From Candidatus Moranbacteria bacterium UBA1302 (lineage in GTDB: Bacteria > Patescibacteriota > Minisyncoccia > Moranbacterales > UBA1568), in NCBI GenBank assembly GCA_002307715.1, contig DBUA01000035.1:1-52449 (forward strand): DNA of 52,449 nt, in the 5' to 3' direction. The notes under the pieces were generated by a model. It ran no database searches, had not been told where the DNA came from, and was given only the letters and a program-made list of their open reading frames with translations. Positions within the stretch are counted from its first letter, which is position 1. Each line of letters begins with the position of its first letter. The position numbers and the translations under genes are program-made. Shown here piece by piece: positions 37,781 to 47,031 of the stretch.

Positions 37781-38164
37781 ATGGGGACTTTCTCACTTTC
37801 ATCTCCGATTGGTACGCTTGGTGAGCGCATCGGTTGCCAGTATCTTCAACAAAAAGGCTATCGTATATTAGAGCGCAATTATTGCAATGCTCACGGACGT
37901 AGGCTTGGAGAAATCGATATCGTAGCCGAAAAAGAGAAGAAACTTATTTTTGTTGAAGTAAAAACACGTATTGATCCAGGAACATCATTGCCTGAAGAAA
38001 ACGTGACACGCGAGAAGCTGCGGAAGCTTGAACGCGTAGCTGTCCATTATCTTCGGGAAAAACATTCTGAAAATCGTCCGTATGCTTTTGATGTGCTCGC
38101 CATAACGTATGACAAGAAAACAAAAACAGCTCACGTGAGGCATCTAGAAAGCGTTTTTTTATGA
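37781..38164 (+). CDS. yraN: YraN family (UPF0102) nuclease
   Basis: GTLGE, GYRILERNY, GEIDIVA, FVEVKTR, FDVLAI. Confidence 0.93.
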   Translation: MGTFSLSSPIGTLGERIGCQYLQQKGYRILERNYCNAHGRRLGEIDIVAEKEKKLIFVEVKTRIDPGTSLPEENVTREKLRKLERVAVHYLREKHSENRPYAFDVLAITYDKKTKTAHVRHLESVFL

Positions 38165-38234
38165 AATCGCCATCGACAAGAGGTATATTTTTTGCTATAA
38201 TAAAGAAAGTAATAGTTGTTGATGATACAAAACT

Positions 38235-38579
38235 ATGGCGCTTGATCAGGCAGTGATTGCGGAATTGAAGGAAAAGCTTTTAATTGAAAAGAAACGTTTG
38301 GAAAGCGAACTTTCCGGTTTCGCAGATTCTACGGAGGTCCCGGGCGATTATAAGACTGCTTTTGACAATATCGGTACGGATGAAGACGAGAATGCGACTG
38401 AAGTTGAAGAATATGTCGATAATCTCGCGCTCGAAAGCAATCTTGAAGGTCAGCTTCGCGATGTGGATGATGCGCTTGCCAAGATAGAACAGAACACTTA
38501 CGGTATTTGTGAAAAGACTGGACAGGAAATTAGTATAGAAAGACTTAAGGCATATCCAGCGGCGCGTACCGTGGTTTGA
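38235..38579 (+). CDS. DksA/TraR family protein with degenerate Zn finger
   Basis: coiled coil, ALAKIEQNTYGICEKTGQEISIERLKAYPAART. Confidence 0.85.
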   Translation: MALDQAVIAELKEKLLIEKKRLESELSGFADSTEVPGDYKTAFDNIGTDEDENATEVEEYVDNLALESNLEGQLRDVDDALAKIEQNTYGICEKTGQEISIERLKAYPAARTVV

Positions 38580-38596
38580 TTGGTGTCCGTGTGACT

Positions 38597-39019
38597 ATGA
38601 TAAGGCTGCAGAAAGCGGTGCATGGCGCGTTTTCGGTAGCCTTTTTCTTTTTTTTGTGTCAAGCAGCCCGTGTGTTGGTGGAAATATTTATTCCTTCTTC
38701 TGTCGTTTGTAATGGAAGTGCGGCATTTGGGGTTCATGTTCCCTCAGAAATAGGAGTGATAATCGGCATAGCCAGTACCATCTTTTTTATCGCAGGCTGG
38801 ATTTTCATGGGCAACGAACCGAGATGGGAATGGCCTTGGATCTTTCTGATAGCTGCCGGTTTTTCCAATCTTGCTGAAAGGCTTTTTTTCGGTTGCGTGG
38901 TAGACTATATACATATATCAGCTTTCCCTGTTTTCAATGTGGCGGATGTATTGTTGACGGTTGGAACAGTATCATTGTTTCTTTTCTTTCCGCGCTTTTC
39001 GGAGAACGATAAGATGTAA
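38597..39019 (+). CDS. lspA: signal peptidase II (lipoprotein signal peptidase)
   Basis: NGSAAFG, AGFSNLAER, VVDY, PVFNVADV; start uncertain (38576 or 38597). Confidence 0.82.
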   Translation: MIRLQKAVHGAFSVAFFFFLCQAARVLVEIFIPSSVVCNGSAAFGVHVPSEIGVIIGIASTIFFIAGWIFMGNEPRWEWPWIFLIAAGFSNLAERLFFGCVVDYIHISAFPVFNVADVLLTVGTVSLFLFFPRFSENDKM

Positions 39020-39023
39020 CTGT

Positions 39024-40544
39024 ATGTCTTCAAAAGTATATTCAGCGGCCACTATCGGCCTTGAAAGCGTTCCTGTCGAAGTTGAAGTTGATGTGTTGCC
39101 TCAAGGACTACATCATTTTACTTTGGTAGGACTTCCCGATACAGCTATCAAGGAATCACGTGATCGTGTGAGTGCAGCGATTAAGAATAGTGGATTTAAA
39201 CCTCCGCATCAGCATGGACGCATCACTGTTAATTTGGCACCGGCGGATCTCCCAAAAAATACTCCGATTTATGATCTTCCGATGGCGCTTGGTTTTTTGT
39301 TGGCTACCAAACAACTTTCATTTGATCATAGGAAAAAACTCTTCGTGGGGGAGCTTGCTCTTGATGGTTCGGTGAGGCGTGTCCAGGGAGCATTGCCGAT
39401 CGCTCTATTCGCTCAGGAACAAGGTTTTGATGAAGTGTATGTTCCGACGGAGAATGCTGATGAGGCAGCATTGGTCGATGGTATAAGAGTTATGCCGGTT
39501 AGGCATCTGTTGGATGTCGCTCGGCATTTGAGAGGTGAGTCAGTAATGGAGCCGTTCACTCGAAAGGCCGAGATATTTGAACCCACATCGGATCAATCGA
39601 CGTTGGATATGTCGTATGTGCGCGGTCAAGAACATGCCAAAAGAGCCCTGGAAATAGCGGCTGCCGGAGGGCATAATGTGTTATTTATCGGGCCGCCAGG
39701 AAGCGGGAAAACATTGCTGGCCCAGACATTGCCGACCATTTTGCCACGTCTCGATTTTGAGGAGAGTCTTGAAGTGACGAAGATATTTTCAGTAGCGGGA
39801 AGATTATCTCGTAAAGATGCGCTTGTAAAGGAGCGGCCGTTTCGAGCGCCGCATCATACGGCGAGCGCTGTGGCGTTAATCGGTGGCGGAGCTTTCCCGA
39901 AACCGGGAGAGATCAGTTTGGCACATAGGGGCGTATTATTTCTTGACGAGTTCGCCGAGTTTTCTCGTGCTGTGCTTGAAAATCTCCGACAACCATTGGA
40001 AGATGGTTGTGTCACGGTTTCTCGAGCCAAAGGGTCGTTGCATTTTCCATCGCGATTTATGTTGGTTGCCGCAATGAATCCTTGCCCGTGCGGATATGCG
40101 GGCGATCCGGAACATATGTGTTCGTGTTCGCCGCATCAAGCGGCTAAATATCGCCAGAAAATATCAGGACCGATCATGGATCGTATCGATCTTCACGTCG
40201 AAGTGCCTCGGCTGAAAATTGAAAAGCTTGATGAATCAACATCGGATGCTGAACCGAGCACAGCCATTCGAGAACGTGTTGAGAAAGCGCGAGCAATGCA
40301 GAAAGTCCGTTTTGCGGAACCAAAAACTAATGCTGAGATGTCATCGCAGATGGTGAAGAAACATTGCACGTTGGATGATGCTTCGAAAGAGCTTGTGCGT
40401 GCGGCTGTTTCAAAACTCCAGCTTTCTGCACGTGGCTACATGCGGGTTCTCAAGGTGGCGAGGACAATCGCTGACCTCGTGGAAGCGGAACATATCGCGC
40501 CGTCGCATATCGCTGAAGCGCTCCAGTATCGGTTCAAGGATTGA
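39024..40544 (+). CDS. comM: ComM/YifB Mg-chelatase-like AAA+ ATPase
   Basis: VGLPD..IKESRDRV, NLAPAD, GPPGSGKT, RPFRAPHH, PGEISLAHRGVLFLDE, NPCPCG. Confidence 0.95.
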   Translation: MSSKVYSAATIGLESVPVEVEVDVLPQGLHHFTLVGLPDTAIKESRDRVSAAIKNSGFKPPHQHGRITVNLAPADLPKNTPIYDLPMALGFLLATKQLSFDHRKKLFVGELALDGSVRRVQGALPIALFAQEQGFDEVYVPTENADEAALVDGIRVMPVRHLLDVARHLRGESVMEPFTRKAEIFEPTSDQSTLDMSYVRGQEHAKRALEIAAAGGHNVLFIGPPGSGKTLLAQTLPTILPRLDFEESLEVTKIFSVAGRLSRKDALVKERPFRAPHHTASAVALIGGGAFPKPGEISLAHRGVLFLDEFAEFSRAVLENLRQPLEDGCVTVSRAKGSLHFPSRFMLVAAMNPCPCGYAGDPEHMCSCSPHQAAKYRQKISGPIMDRIDLHVEVPRLKIEKLDESTSDAEPSTAIRERVEKARAMQKVRFAEPKTNAEMSSQMVKKHCTLDDASKELVRAAVSKLQLSARGYMRVLKVARTIADLVEAEHIAPSHIAEALQYRFKD

Positions 40545-40602
40545 TGATAAGGAAGATAAAGCAGAATCGGTACGTATGATTCAGGCATGTTTATTACGAC
40601 GC

Positions 40603-41550
40603 ATGTTTACGAAAAAGATATGCTGGTTGGCTGTATCAGTCGGGCTTGTTTTGTTCGTGTATGCGTATTATGAGTATAAGTATCAGCCATCAGCATGGGA
40701 ACTTGCGAGTGCTTATAAAAGCATAGTCATTATCGATGATGGCATAGAATGGCATGATACGACAGACGCGGAGACCGTAGGGGATTTTTTGAATCGAGCA
40801 GGCCTTATTTTGGGAGAAGAAGACAGAGTTGCTCCGGGCTATGATGAGAAGCTGTTGGTCGGAACAGATATAATTATTCATCGCGCAAAGACGGTATCAA
40901 TCGCTTCTGATGGCGGGACGAGGGAATGGCAGACGCTTTCCGGCACCGTTGAGGAAGCGCTTACGGATGCAGGAATCGCGCTTGACGAGGATGATATCGT
41001 GAAGCCGGAACGGGAGGAAGCGGTGCATGACGGTATGAAGATTTCGGTCATTCGTGTCGAAATCCGCGAGGAATCCGTTGAGAAGGCGGTTGCTTTCGAT
41101 AAGACGGCAAATGAGGATGATACGCTTTCGTGGAGGAAGACGATTGTGACCCAGAAAGGCGAGAATGGCATCGATCGGTTGACGTATCGTGTCAGTTCTC
41201 ATGATGGGAAAGAGGTGAGCAGAAAACTTATTCAAACTGAGCGGATAAAGGATCCTGTAACAGAGATTACGACGCAGGGAACGTATGTGAAAGTCGGGAA
41301 AAGCCACAGCGGAGGCGCTTCGTGGTATGCTTATACGGGAACGATGTCAGCTGCTAACCCATGGTTGCCATTGGGAAGCTATGTGAAAGTGACGAATACA
41401 GCAAATGGCAAAAGCGTCATCGTGAAGATCAATGATCGAGGCCCGTTTGTCGGTGGGCGCATCGTTGATCTTGATAAGGTAGCATTTCAGAAAATCGCCT
41501 CGCTTGGCGCCGGTGTCATTAATGTGAAGATGGAAGAAATAGAGAATTAA
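40603..41550 (+). CDS. YabE/RpfB-like cell-wall hydrolase: TM, DUF348 repeats, G5, RlpA-type DPBB domain
   Basis: TVGDFL and TVEEAL DUF348 repeats, QKGENG G5, ASWY...LPLGS...VKINDRGPF...RIVDL; immediately upstream of rsmA. Confidence 0.87.
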   Translation: MFTKKICWLAVSVGLVLFVYAYYEYKYQPSAWELASAYKSIVIIDDGIEWHDTTDAETVGDFLNRAGLILGEEDRVAPGYDEKLLVGTDIIIHRAKTVSIASDGGTREWQTLSGTVEEALTDAGIALDEDDIVKPEREEAVHDGMKISVIRVEIREESVEKAVAFDKTANEDDTLSWRKTIVTQKGENGIDRLTYRVSSHDGKEVSRKLIQTERIKDPVTEITTQGTYVKVGKSHSGGASWYAYTGTMSAANPWLPLGSYVKVTNTANGKSVIVKINDRGPFVGGRIVDLDKVAFQKIASLGAGVINVKMEEIEN

Positions 41551-41555
41551 CGCTT

Positions 41556-42359
41556 ATGGAGAAAGTAAGAGCCAAAAAATCTCTGGGACAGAATTTCCTC
41601 AATGATTTTGAAATCATCGGACGCATATTTGAGGCGGCGGAAATCCAGCAATCTGATTATGTGCTCGAGATAGGGCCAGGGACGGGTGCGTTGACATTCC
41701 GGCTTTCTGATCGCGTGGAAAAACTTGTCGCAATCGAGCTCGATCATCAGTTAGTGGAACGATTGCAGCAGCATTTTGTGGATTCGCAGAATGTTTCTAT
41801 TCTTGAAGGAAATATCTTGGATGTCCATCTTGAGGAGCTTCTGCATGCGATCGGATATGCAGAACATCCGTATAAGATCGTTGCGAATATCCCGTATTAC
41901 ATTACGGCGCCAATCATTCGGACGCTTTTGGCTCTCAAGCATCAGCCAGTGTCGATGACGCTCATGGTACAGAATGAAGTCGCTGATCGTCTTGCGGCAC
42001 AGCCAGGAAGCATGAGTCTGCTTTCGGTGATGGCTCAGTTTTATGCGGAGGTGGAGAAAAAATTCGTCGTACCGAAAGAGGCATTTGATCCGGTTCCGAA
42101 AGTAGAGAGCGCCATTATCCATATCATTCCGAAACGTTCGTACGATAAAGATAAGGATAGACGGGTGTTTCGTCTAGTGCGAGCAGGCTTCTCGGCGAGA
42201 CGGAAGACGCTGGTAAATAATCTTTCATCGAGCCTTATGATTTCACGCGACGATGCGACGCGTCTTATGGAAAGTATCGGTCTTCGAAAAGATATTCGCG
42301 CCCAAGCGCTTGCTGTGGATGATTGGGAAAGGCTCGCAGCGATATGGCCTGAAGCGTGA
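41556..42359 (+). CDS. rsmA: 16S rRNA dimethyladenosine transferase KsgA
   Basis: KKSLGQNFL, EIGPGTG, ANIPYYIT, PVPKVES, RRKTL. Confidence 0.96.
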   Translation: MEKVRAKKSLGQNFLNDFEIIGRIFEAAEIQQSDYVLEIGPGTGALTFRLSDRVEKLVAIELDHQLVERLQQHFVDSQNVSILEGNILDVHLEELLHAIGYAEHPYKIVANIPYYITAPIIRTLLALKHQPVSMTLMVQNEVADRLAAQPGSMSLLSVMAQFYAEVEKKFVVPKEAFDPVPKVESAIIHIIPKRSYDKDKDRRVFRLVRAGFSARRKTLVNNLSSSLMISRDDATRLMESIGLRKDIRAQALAVDDWERLAAIWPEA

Positions 42360-42399
42360 TTTCTCAGAAGCGGTCTCACCGGATGGAGGGGCCGCTTTT

Positions 42400-44025
42400 T
42401 TAGAATAAGATAGCGAGTATCATGAAGCCGTAGAGTATGGTGATGCCAAGGATGACTCCGGGCAGTTTTCGGAAGGAAACGAAGGAAGCATTCGTGTCGG
42501 TACCGCGTTGCATCGCCCAAAAAGCGAGACTGCCGGAAAATATTGCCGGAAGAAATAGCCGGTCATCACGGAGAATAAAGGGACTTGAAACGAAGAGGAT
42601 GAACATGAGGCTTCCGAGGATGAGTGCGGCATTCTGCGTACCAAGGATAACAGGCAGCGTATACACTCCATCTGCTCGGTCTCCCTCGACATCCTTGAAG
42701 TCTTTGATAGGAAGGCAGAGCGTGTAGGCGGCCAAGAGGAAAAGACTTATTGGAAGAGGAAGCGAATGGAGATTCTGATCTGGTGCGATGATCAGATATC
42801 CCGAGCAGAAGACGAGCATACCGGCAGCAGCAGCGATGAGCGTTGCGATGATCGGGAAACGCTTGAGGCGAAGCGGTTCAGCGGAATAGATCCATGCCAG
42901 TGATTGATAACATAGGATGAGCAAGAGCGCTTGGAAGCTCATGATGCCGGCGAAGAGCAGTGAAGCGGCGAAAAAGAAAATGCCGAAAGCCCGGTATGTT
43001 TCTGGTGGAATGGCCTGACGGATAAGCGGACGGTCGGGATTGGTCTTTTGATCGATCCGTATGTCGTAGAGGTCATTCATGATGACTGAAGCGAGCCAAG
43101 CGCTTTCGACAGCGGCTAATATGACAAATGCGCCTGCAAAATGGAACAGATCGAGGCGGATGAACGTATCGGAAAAGAAGAATGCTAATGCCATGCCGAT
43201 AGCTAAGAGGCCGCCGTGCCAAACTAGCTGGGGAAATCGAGCATTTTTCCAGAGAGCGATAAAATATTTTGGCGTGTTTTTCCAAAGCGTAGCGCCGATG
43301 AGCGCCATGGATAATATTGCGTAGACAATGCTCATTTTTACGTTTAAGACGCTTCGGAAATCAGTAATATCGTGTGAGAATATGCGTTCAGGCGAAAGAA
43401 AGAGCGCGGCAACATCGGTAGCGTTGATAGCAAAGAATCCTTTTTGAAAACTGAGGACAGCCAGTGTTATCCATGATGGGAAAGTGCCGAGTATGAAGAG
43501 TATGGAATAGGTGCCGAGCGCTGAAAGCAGCGCTTTTTTCCAATCTGATTTAGCGTAGGCATAAAGACCCATCAGAAGCGTGACAAGTACGGTTTCGACA
43601 CGTACGCCATACGTAATACCGATTTCTGGCGTATCACCGAAGAGTGTGAAGAAACGGATGATAAGGCCGCGGAATCCATCGAATTCATAGAAGCTCCAAA
43701 AATTCGTTCCATGGAAGATGATGGTATCGATGATGGGAGGTGTGAGAATGATGAGAAATCCACAGAGAAGGATATTAGCAGCTTTCCCGATGGTTGTGGC
43801 ACCAGCAAAACGTACTAGTGGAAGTATGAGCAGAAAAGCGCAGAGAAAGAAGAGAAATGTGTGTGAAAATTCAAAGAAGAGAAATGAAAAAGGATGTGTC
43901 TTGAAGAGTCCGAGGGCGTTTTCGACGGTGAGGCGGGCGATGATGAGAGCTGTGAATGACGCGATGAATGCGGGCAATGTGAGAGAGGTGTTTTCAATAG
44001 CAGCGATGAATCGATTGAAGCGCAT
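42400..44025 (-). CDS. UbiA-family prenyltransferase with an additional N-terminal membrane domain
   Basis: NDLYDIRIDQKTNPDRP, YSAEPLRLK, KDFKDVEGDRADGVYTLP; start uncertain (44025 or 44037). Confidence 0.85.
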   Translation of the reverse strand: MRFNRFIAAIENTSLTLPAFIASFTALIIARLTVENALGLFKTHPFSFLFFEFSHTFLFFLCAFLLILPLVRFAGATTIGKAANILLCGFLIILTPPIIDTIIFHGTNFWSFYEFDGFRGLIIRFFTLFGDTPEIGITYGVRVETVLVTLLMGLYAYAKSDWKKALLSALGTYSILFILGTFPSWITLAVLSFQKGFFAINATDVAALFLSPERIFSHDITDFRSVLNVKMSIVYAILSMALIGATLWKNTPKYFIALWKNARFPQLVWHGGLLAIGMALAFFFSDTFIRLDLFHFAGAFVILAAVESAWLASVIMNDLYDIRIDQKTNPDRPLIRQAIPPETYRAFGIFFFAASLLFAGIMSFQALLLILCYQSLAWIYSAEPLRLKRFPIIATLIAAAAGMLVFCSGYLIIAPDQNLHSLPLPISLFLLAAYTLCLPIKDFKDVEGDRADGVYTLPVILGTQNAALILGSLMFILFVSSPFILRDDRLFLPAIFSGSLAFWAMQRGTDTNASFVSFRKLPGVILGITILYGFMILAILF

Positions 44026-44158
44026 AGTGCTTTCCATTAGGAATACTGTATTGATATGGTAGCACTTGCTGGCTGAAGGGCACAACGTCCGATAGAGCGC
44101 TGCGGCGTAATATGGTAAAATACGTTGGTTCTGCGCTTATCCATTATCTTTTTGAATC

Positions 44159-46402
44159 ATGAAATTCTGGGAACGAGGTTTGAATCCTGAACAGCGTCGA
44201 GCCGTCCTTCAAACGGAAGGTCCAGTGCTTATCTTAGCCGGCGCAGGCTCCGGAAAAACTAAGACGCTGACGCATCGCATCGCCTATCTTCTGGATGAGA
44301 AGAAAGTGCCTCCAACGCATATTCTAGCCGTGACATTTACGAACAAGGCAGCGCAAGAAATGCGTGAGCGCATCGAGACGCTTCTTTCCAAAAGCGCAGC
44401 CGCTGAATATGGATTTGTGGCTATTCCTCAATACATCGGAACATTTCATAATATCTGTTGTCGTATTCTTCGGCGAGAAATCGAAACGCTTGGATACAGT
44501 AAGAATTTCAATATAGTCGATAGTTCCGACCAGGAAGCGCTCGTCAAGAAAGCGATGCGTGAGCTCGAGATCGATCCAGACCAGGTGAAGCCGCGCGCTG
44601 TCCTTGATGCTATCTCGCGTGCTAAGAATGCTTTCAAGAGCGAGGAGCAGTTCATGCTCGAGGCCGGTAGCTATTTCGAAGAGATTATCGCCCGGGTTTA
44701 CACGGCCTATCAGAAGGCGCTCCGTGCGGGGAACAGTCTCGATTTCGACGATCTCATTATGCTCACAGTCCGGCTTTTCCAGGAGCATCCAGAGGTACTT
44801 GCACGTTATCAGGATATTTTCCGTTATGTCATGGTCGACGAGTATCAGGACACCAATTATCCGCAGTATCTTTTGGTGACACTTCTCGCAGGCAAGCATA
44901 AGAACATCTTCGTTATCGGTGATGACTATCAGTCAATTTATGGTTGGCGTCAAGCGGATATCCGCAATATCCTCAATTTTGAGAAGGACTATCCGGAAGC
45001 AGCGGTCATTACGCTCGATCAGAATTATCGCTCGACGCAGATCATTCTTGATGCGGCGCATGGCGTTATCGAGCGCAACAAGAACCAGCGTCATAAGAAG
45101 CTTTGGACCGAAGGGAAGGGTGGTGACCTGATCGCACTCGTGCCGGCCGAAGACGAAGAGGCAGAAGCGCGTTTCGTGGCAGAGACGATTGCACGCGAGC
45201 AGAAAGAAGGAAAGAAGTTCAGCGACTTCGCTGTGCTCTATCGTACCAATGCACAGTCCCGCATGATCGAAGAAATGTTCCTTCGGCATTCGGTGGAGTA
45301 TCGTATCGTGGGCGGACTCAAGTTTTATCAGCGCAAGGAAGTGAAGGATATGGTTGCGTATGTGAGGCTCCTCGAGAATCCTCGCGACATGCTCGCGCTT
45401 GAGCGGGTCATCAATGAACCCAAGCGAGGTTTGGGCGATGCGACGCTCGCCCGCTGGACCAGTTTCGCCCGTACGAATGACCTTGATTTCTTCGAGGCTG
45501 CGTATCGGATGACACCAGAAACGAGCGATCTCCGTGAAGGCAAGATCAAGGCGATTCGCGAGTTCTCAGATGTTTTTATCAAGCTTCGCCTCGAGATGGG
45601 CGAGTATCCTGATCTCAAGCTACCGGAGCTGCTTGATAAGATCGGTCGCGCGAGCGGCTATGTCAGTAGTCTCAATGACGGTACAGCGGAAGGCGAGGCG
45701 CGAGAGGAGAACGTGCGCGAGCTCCTCACCGTTGCCAAGAAGCATGACGACTTGCCGCTTGCCGAAGCGCTCCACCTGTTTCTCGAAGAAGTGGCACTTT
45801 CTTCCGATACCGATGAGATCAGCCGCAATACTGATGCAGTCCATGTGATGACACTCCACAGCGCCAAGGGTCTCGAGTTTCCGACGGTCTTCATCCTCGG
45901 CCTTGAAGAAGGTATCTTCCCACATTCGCGCGCGCAGCTTTCGCAGGCAGAGCTTGAGGAAGAGCGCCGACTCATGTATGTAGGACTGACTCGTGCCAAG
46001 GAGCACGTGTATCTCCTTCATACCGAGAGCCGCACTATCTTCGGTTCGACTCAAATCAATCCACCATCGCGCTTCATCGCGGAGATTCCGGCCGATCTGA
46101 TTGAAGAGCGCGACCGCGTGAGCTCCGGTATGATGGGCAAGAAATATTTCCAGCGGTCATTCCAGCGCTATCCGTCTGCACCAAAAAAGAAGCTTGCTGC
46201 TCCGGTAGCAAAATCAGAAAGCGTCGCACCGGCAGGCGCGCCGCTTCAGCTTGGCGAGGTACGCCCAGGAGATATGGTGGAGCATCCGCAGTTCGGCTCG
46301 GGGCTCATCGTCTCGATCGCAGGCACGCTCGCGACCATCGCCTTCAAACGCGCAGGCGTGAAGAAGATGATGCTCGGCGTCGCTCCGCTTACGAAGGTAT
46401 AA
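44159..46402 (+). CDS. pcrA: ATP-dependent DNA helicase PcrA/UvrD
   Basis: AGAGSGKT, TFTNKAA, VDEYQD, QNYRS, YRTNAQSR, TLHSAKGLEF, EERRLMYVGLTRA, C-terminal HPQFG Tudor-like domain. Confidence 0.97.
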   Translation: MKFWERGLNPEQRRAVLQTEGPVLILAGAGSGKTKTLTHRIAYLLDEKKVPPTHILAVTFTNKAAQEMRERIETLLSKSAAAEYGFVAIPQYIGTFHNICCRILRREIETLGYSKNFNIVDSSDQEALVKKAMRELEIDPDQVKPRAVLDAISRAKNAFKSEEQFMLEAGSYFEEIIARVYTAYQKALRAGNSLDFDDLIMLTVRLFQEHPEVLARYQDIFRYVMVDEYQDTNYPQYLLVTLLAGKHKNIFVIGDDYQSIYGWRQADIRNILNFEKDYPEAAVITLDQNYRSTQIILDAAHGVIERNKNQRHKKLWTEGKGGDLIALVPAEDEEAEARFVAETIAREQKEGKKFSDFAVLYRTNAQSRMIEEMFLRHSVEYRIVGGLKFYQRKEVKDMVAYVRLLENPRDMLALERVINEPKRGLGDATLARWTSFARTNDLDFFEAAYRMTPETSDLREGKIKAIREFSDVFIKLRLEMGEYPDLKLPELLDKIGRASGYVSSLNDGTAEGEAREENVRELLTVAKKHDDLPLAEALHLFLEEVALSSDTDEISRNTDAVHVMTLHSAKGLEFPTVFILGLEEGIFPHSRAQLSQAELEEERRLMYVGLTRAKEHVYLLHTESRTIFGSTQINPPSRFIAEIPADLIEERDRVSSGMMGKKYFQRSFQRYPSAPKKKLAAPVAKSESVAPAGAPLQLGEVRPGDMVEHPQFGSGLIVSIAGTLATIAFKRAGVKKMMLGVAPLTKV

Positions 46403-46419
46403 AATCAGAGAAGCAAAGA

Positions 46420-46454
46420 AAAAACGGGCGATAGAAGATTCTCTATCGCCCGTT
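46420..46454. terminator. terminator hairpin between pcrA and the nadV remnant
   Basis: AAAAAACGGGCGATAG...CTATCGCCCGTT. Confidence 0.65.
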
Positions 46455-46466
46455 GTGCTTGCCGGC

Positions 46467-46790
46467 TCATGCCTTTGCGGCACGGGCACTGATGTCAGCG
46501 AAGGACTGTTCGCGGACGAGCTCGCCGTTCTCGAAGACAGTCTCGAGCAGGTCTTCGCCCGGAGCGCTTTCGCGGACCGTGGCGAACCCCGAGGCGTCGC
46601 GGATGAGTTTCATCCGTCCGGCCTTGGAGCGCTTGCCCGGGTCGGTGACCGGATCCTTCATGGCATCCTGCCAGCCGCTCTCGTCTTCGGTTGCAGAGCA
46701 CTTGAAGGCGAACTTGCAGGTATCGCGATCTACCTTCTGGAGTAGCCTGCCGCCGGAGCCGAAGGCAATGTTGTCAGCCGCCCAGCCAAG
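46467..46790 (-). pseudogene. nadV: C-terminal fragment of nicotinamide phosphoribosyltransferase (NadV/NAMPT)
   Basis: manual translation GWAADNIAFGSGGRLLQKVDRDTCKFAFKCS...KDPVTDPGKRSKAGR...LETVFENGEL; N-terminal majority absent. Confidence 0.85.
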
Positions 46791-46869
46791 CTCTATGCCT
46801 TCTCCGACCGCAAACTGAAAATCATCGACGTGCTGTGATATGAGGAATAAAAAAAGAGGCGGTCATCCG

Positions 46870-46932
46870 GTCACTTCTTTTTTCTTTTTCTATGAAAGCT
46901 TTTAAGGATTTCTTTGAGGTGTTTGTGTGTGA
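46870..46932. repeat. degenerate copy of the xer gene 3' end (direct repeat with 48908-48970)
   Basis: 55/63 identical by manual alignment; minus strand encodes THKHLKEILKSFHRKRKKK* vs TNERLKEIHKNFHGKRKKK*. Confidence 0.85.
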
Positions 46933-47031
46933 AAAGATGATGTTTGGTGTTGTACTGTTGAGGTAATCCCGCTTTTTATAGAGGGTTTTTTTGTGATATT
47001 ATAAACATTATAAGGCTTGACATATATAGTT

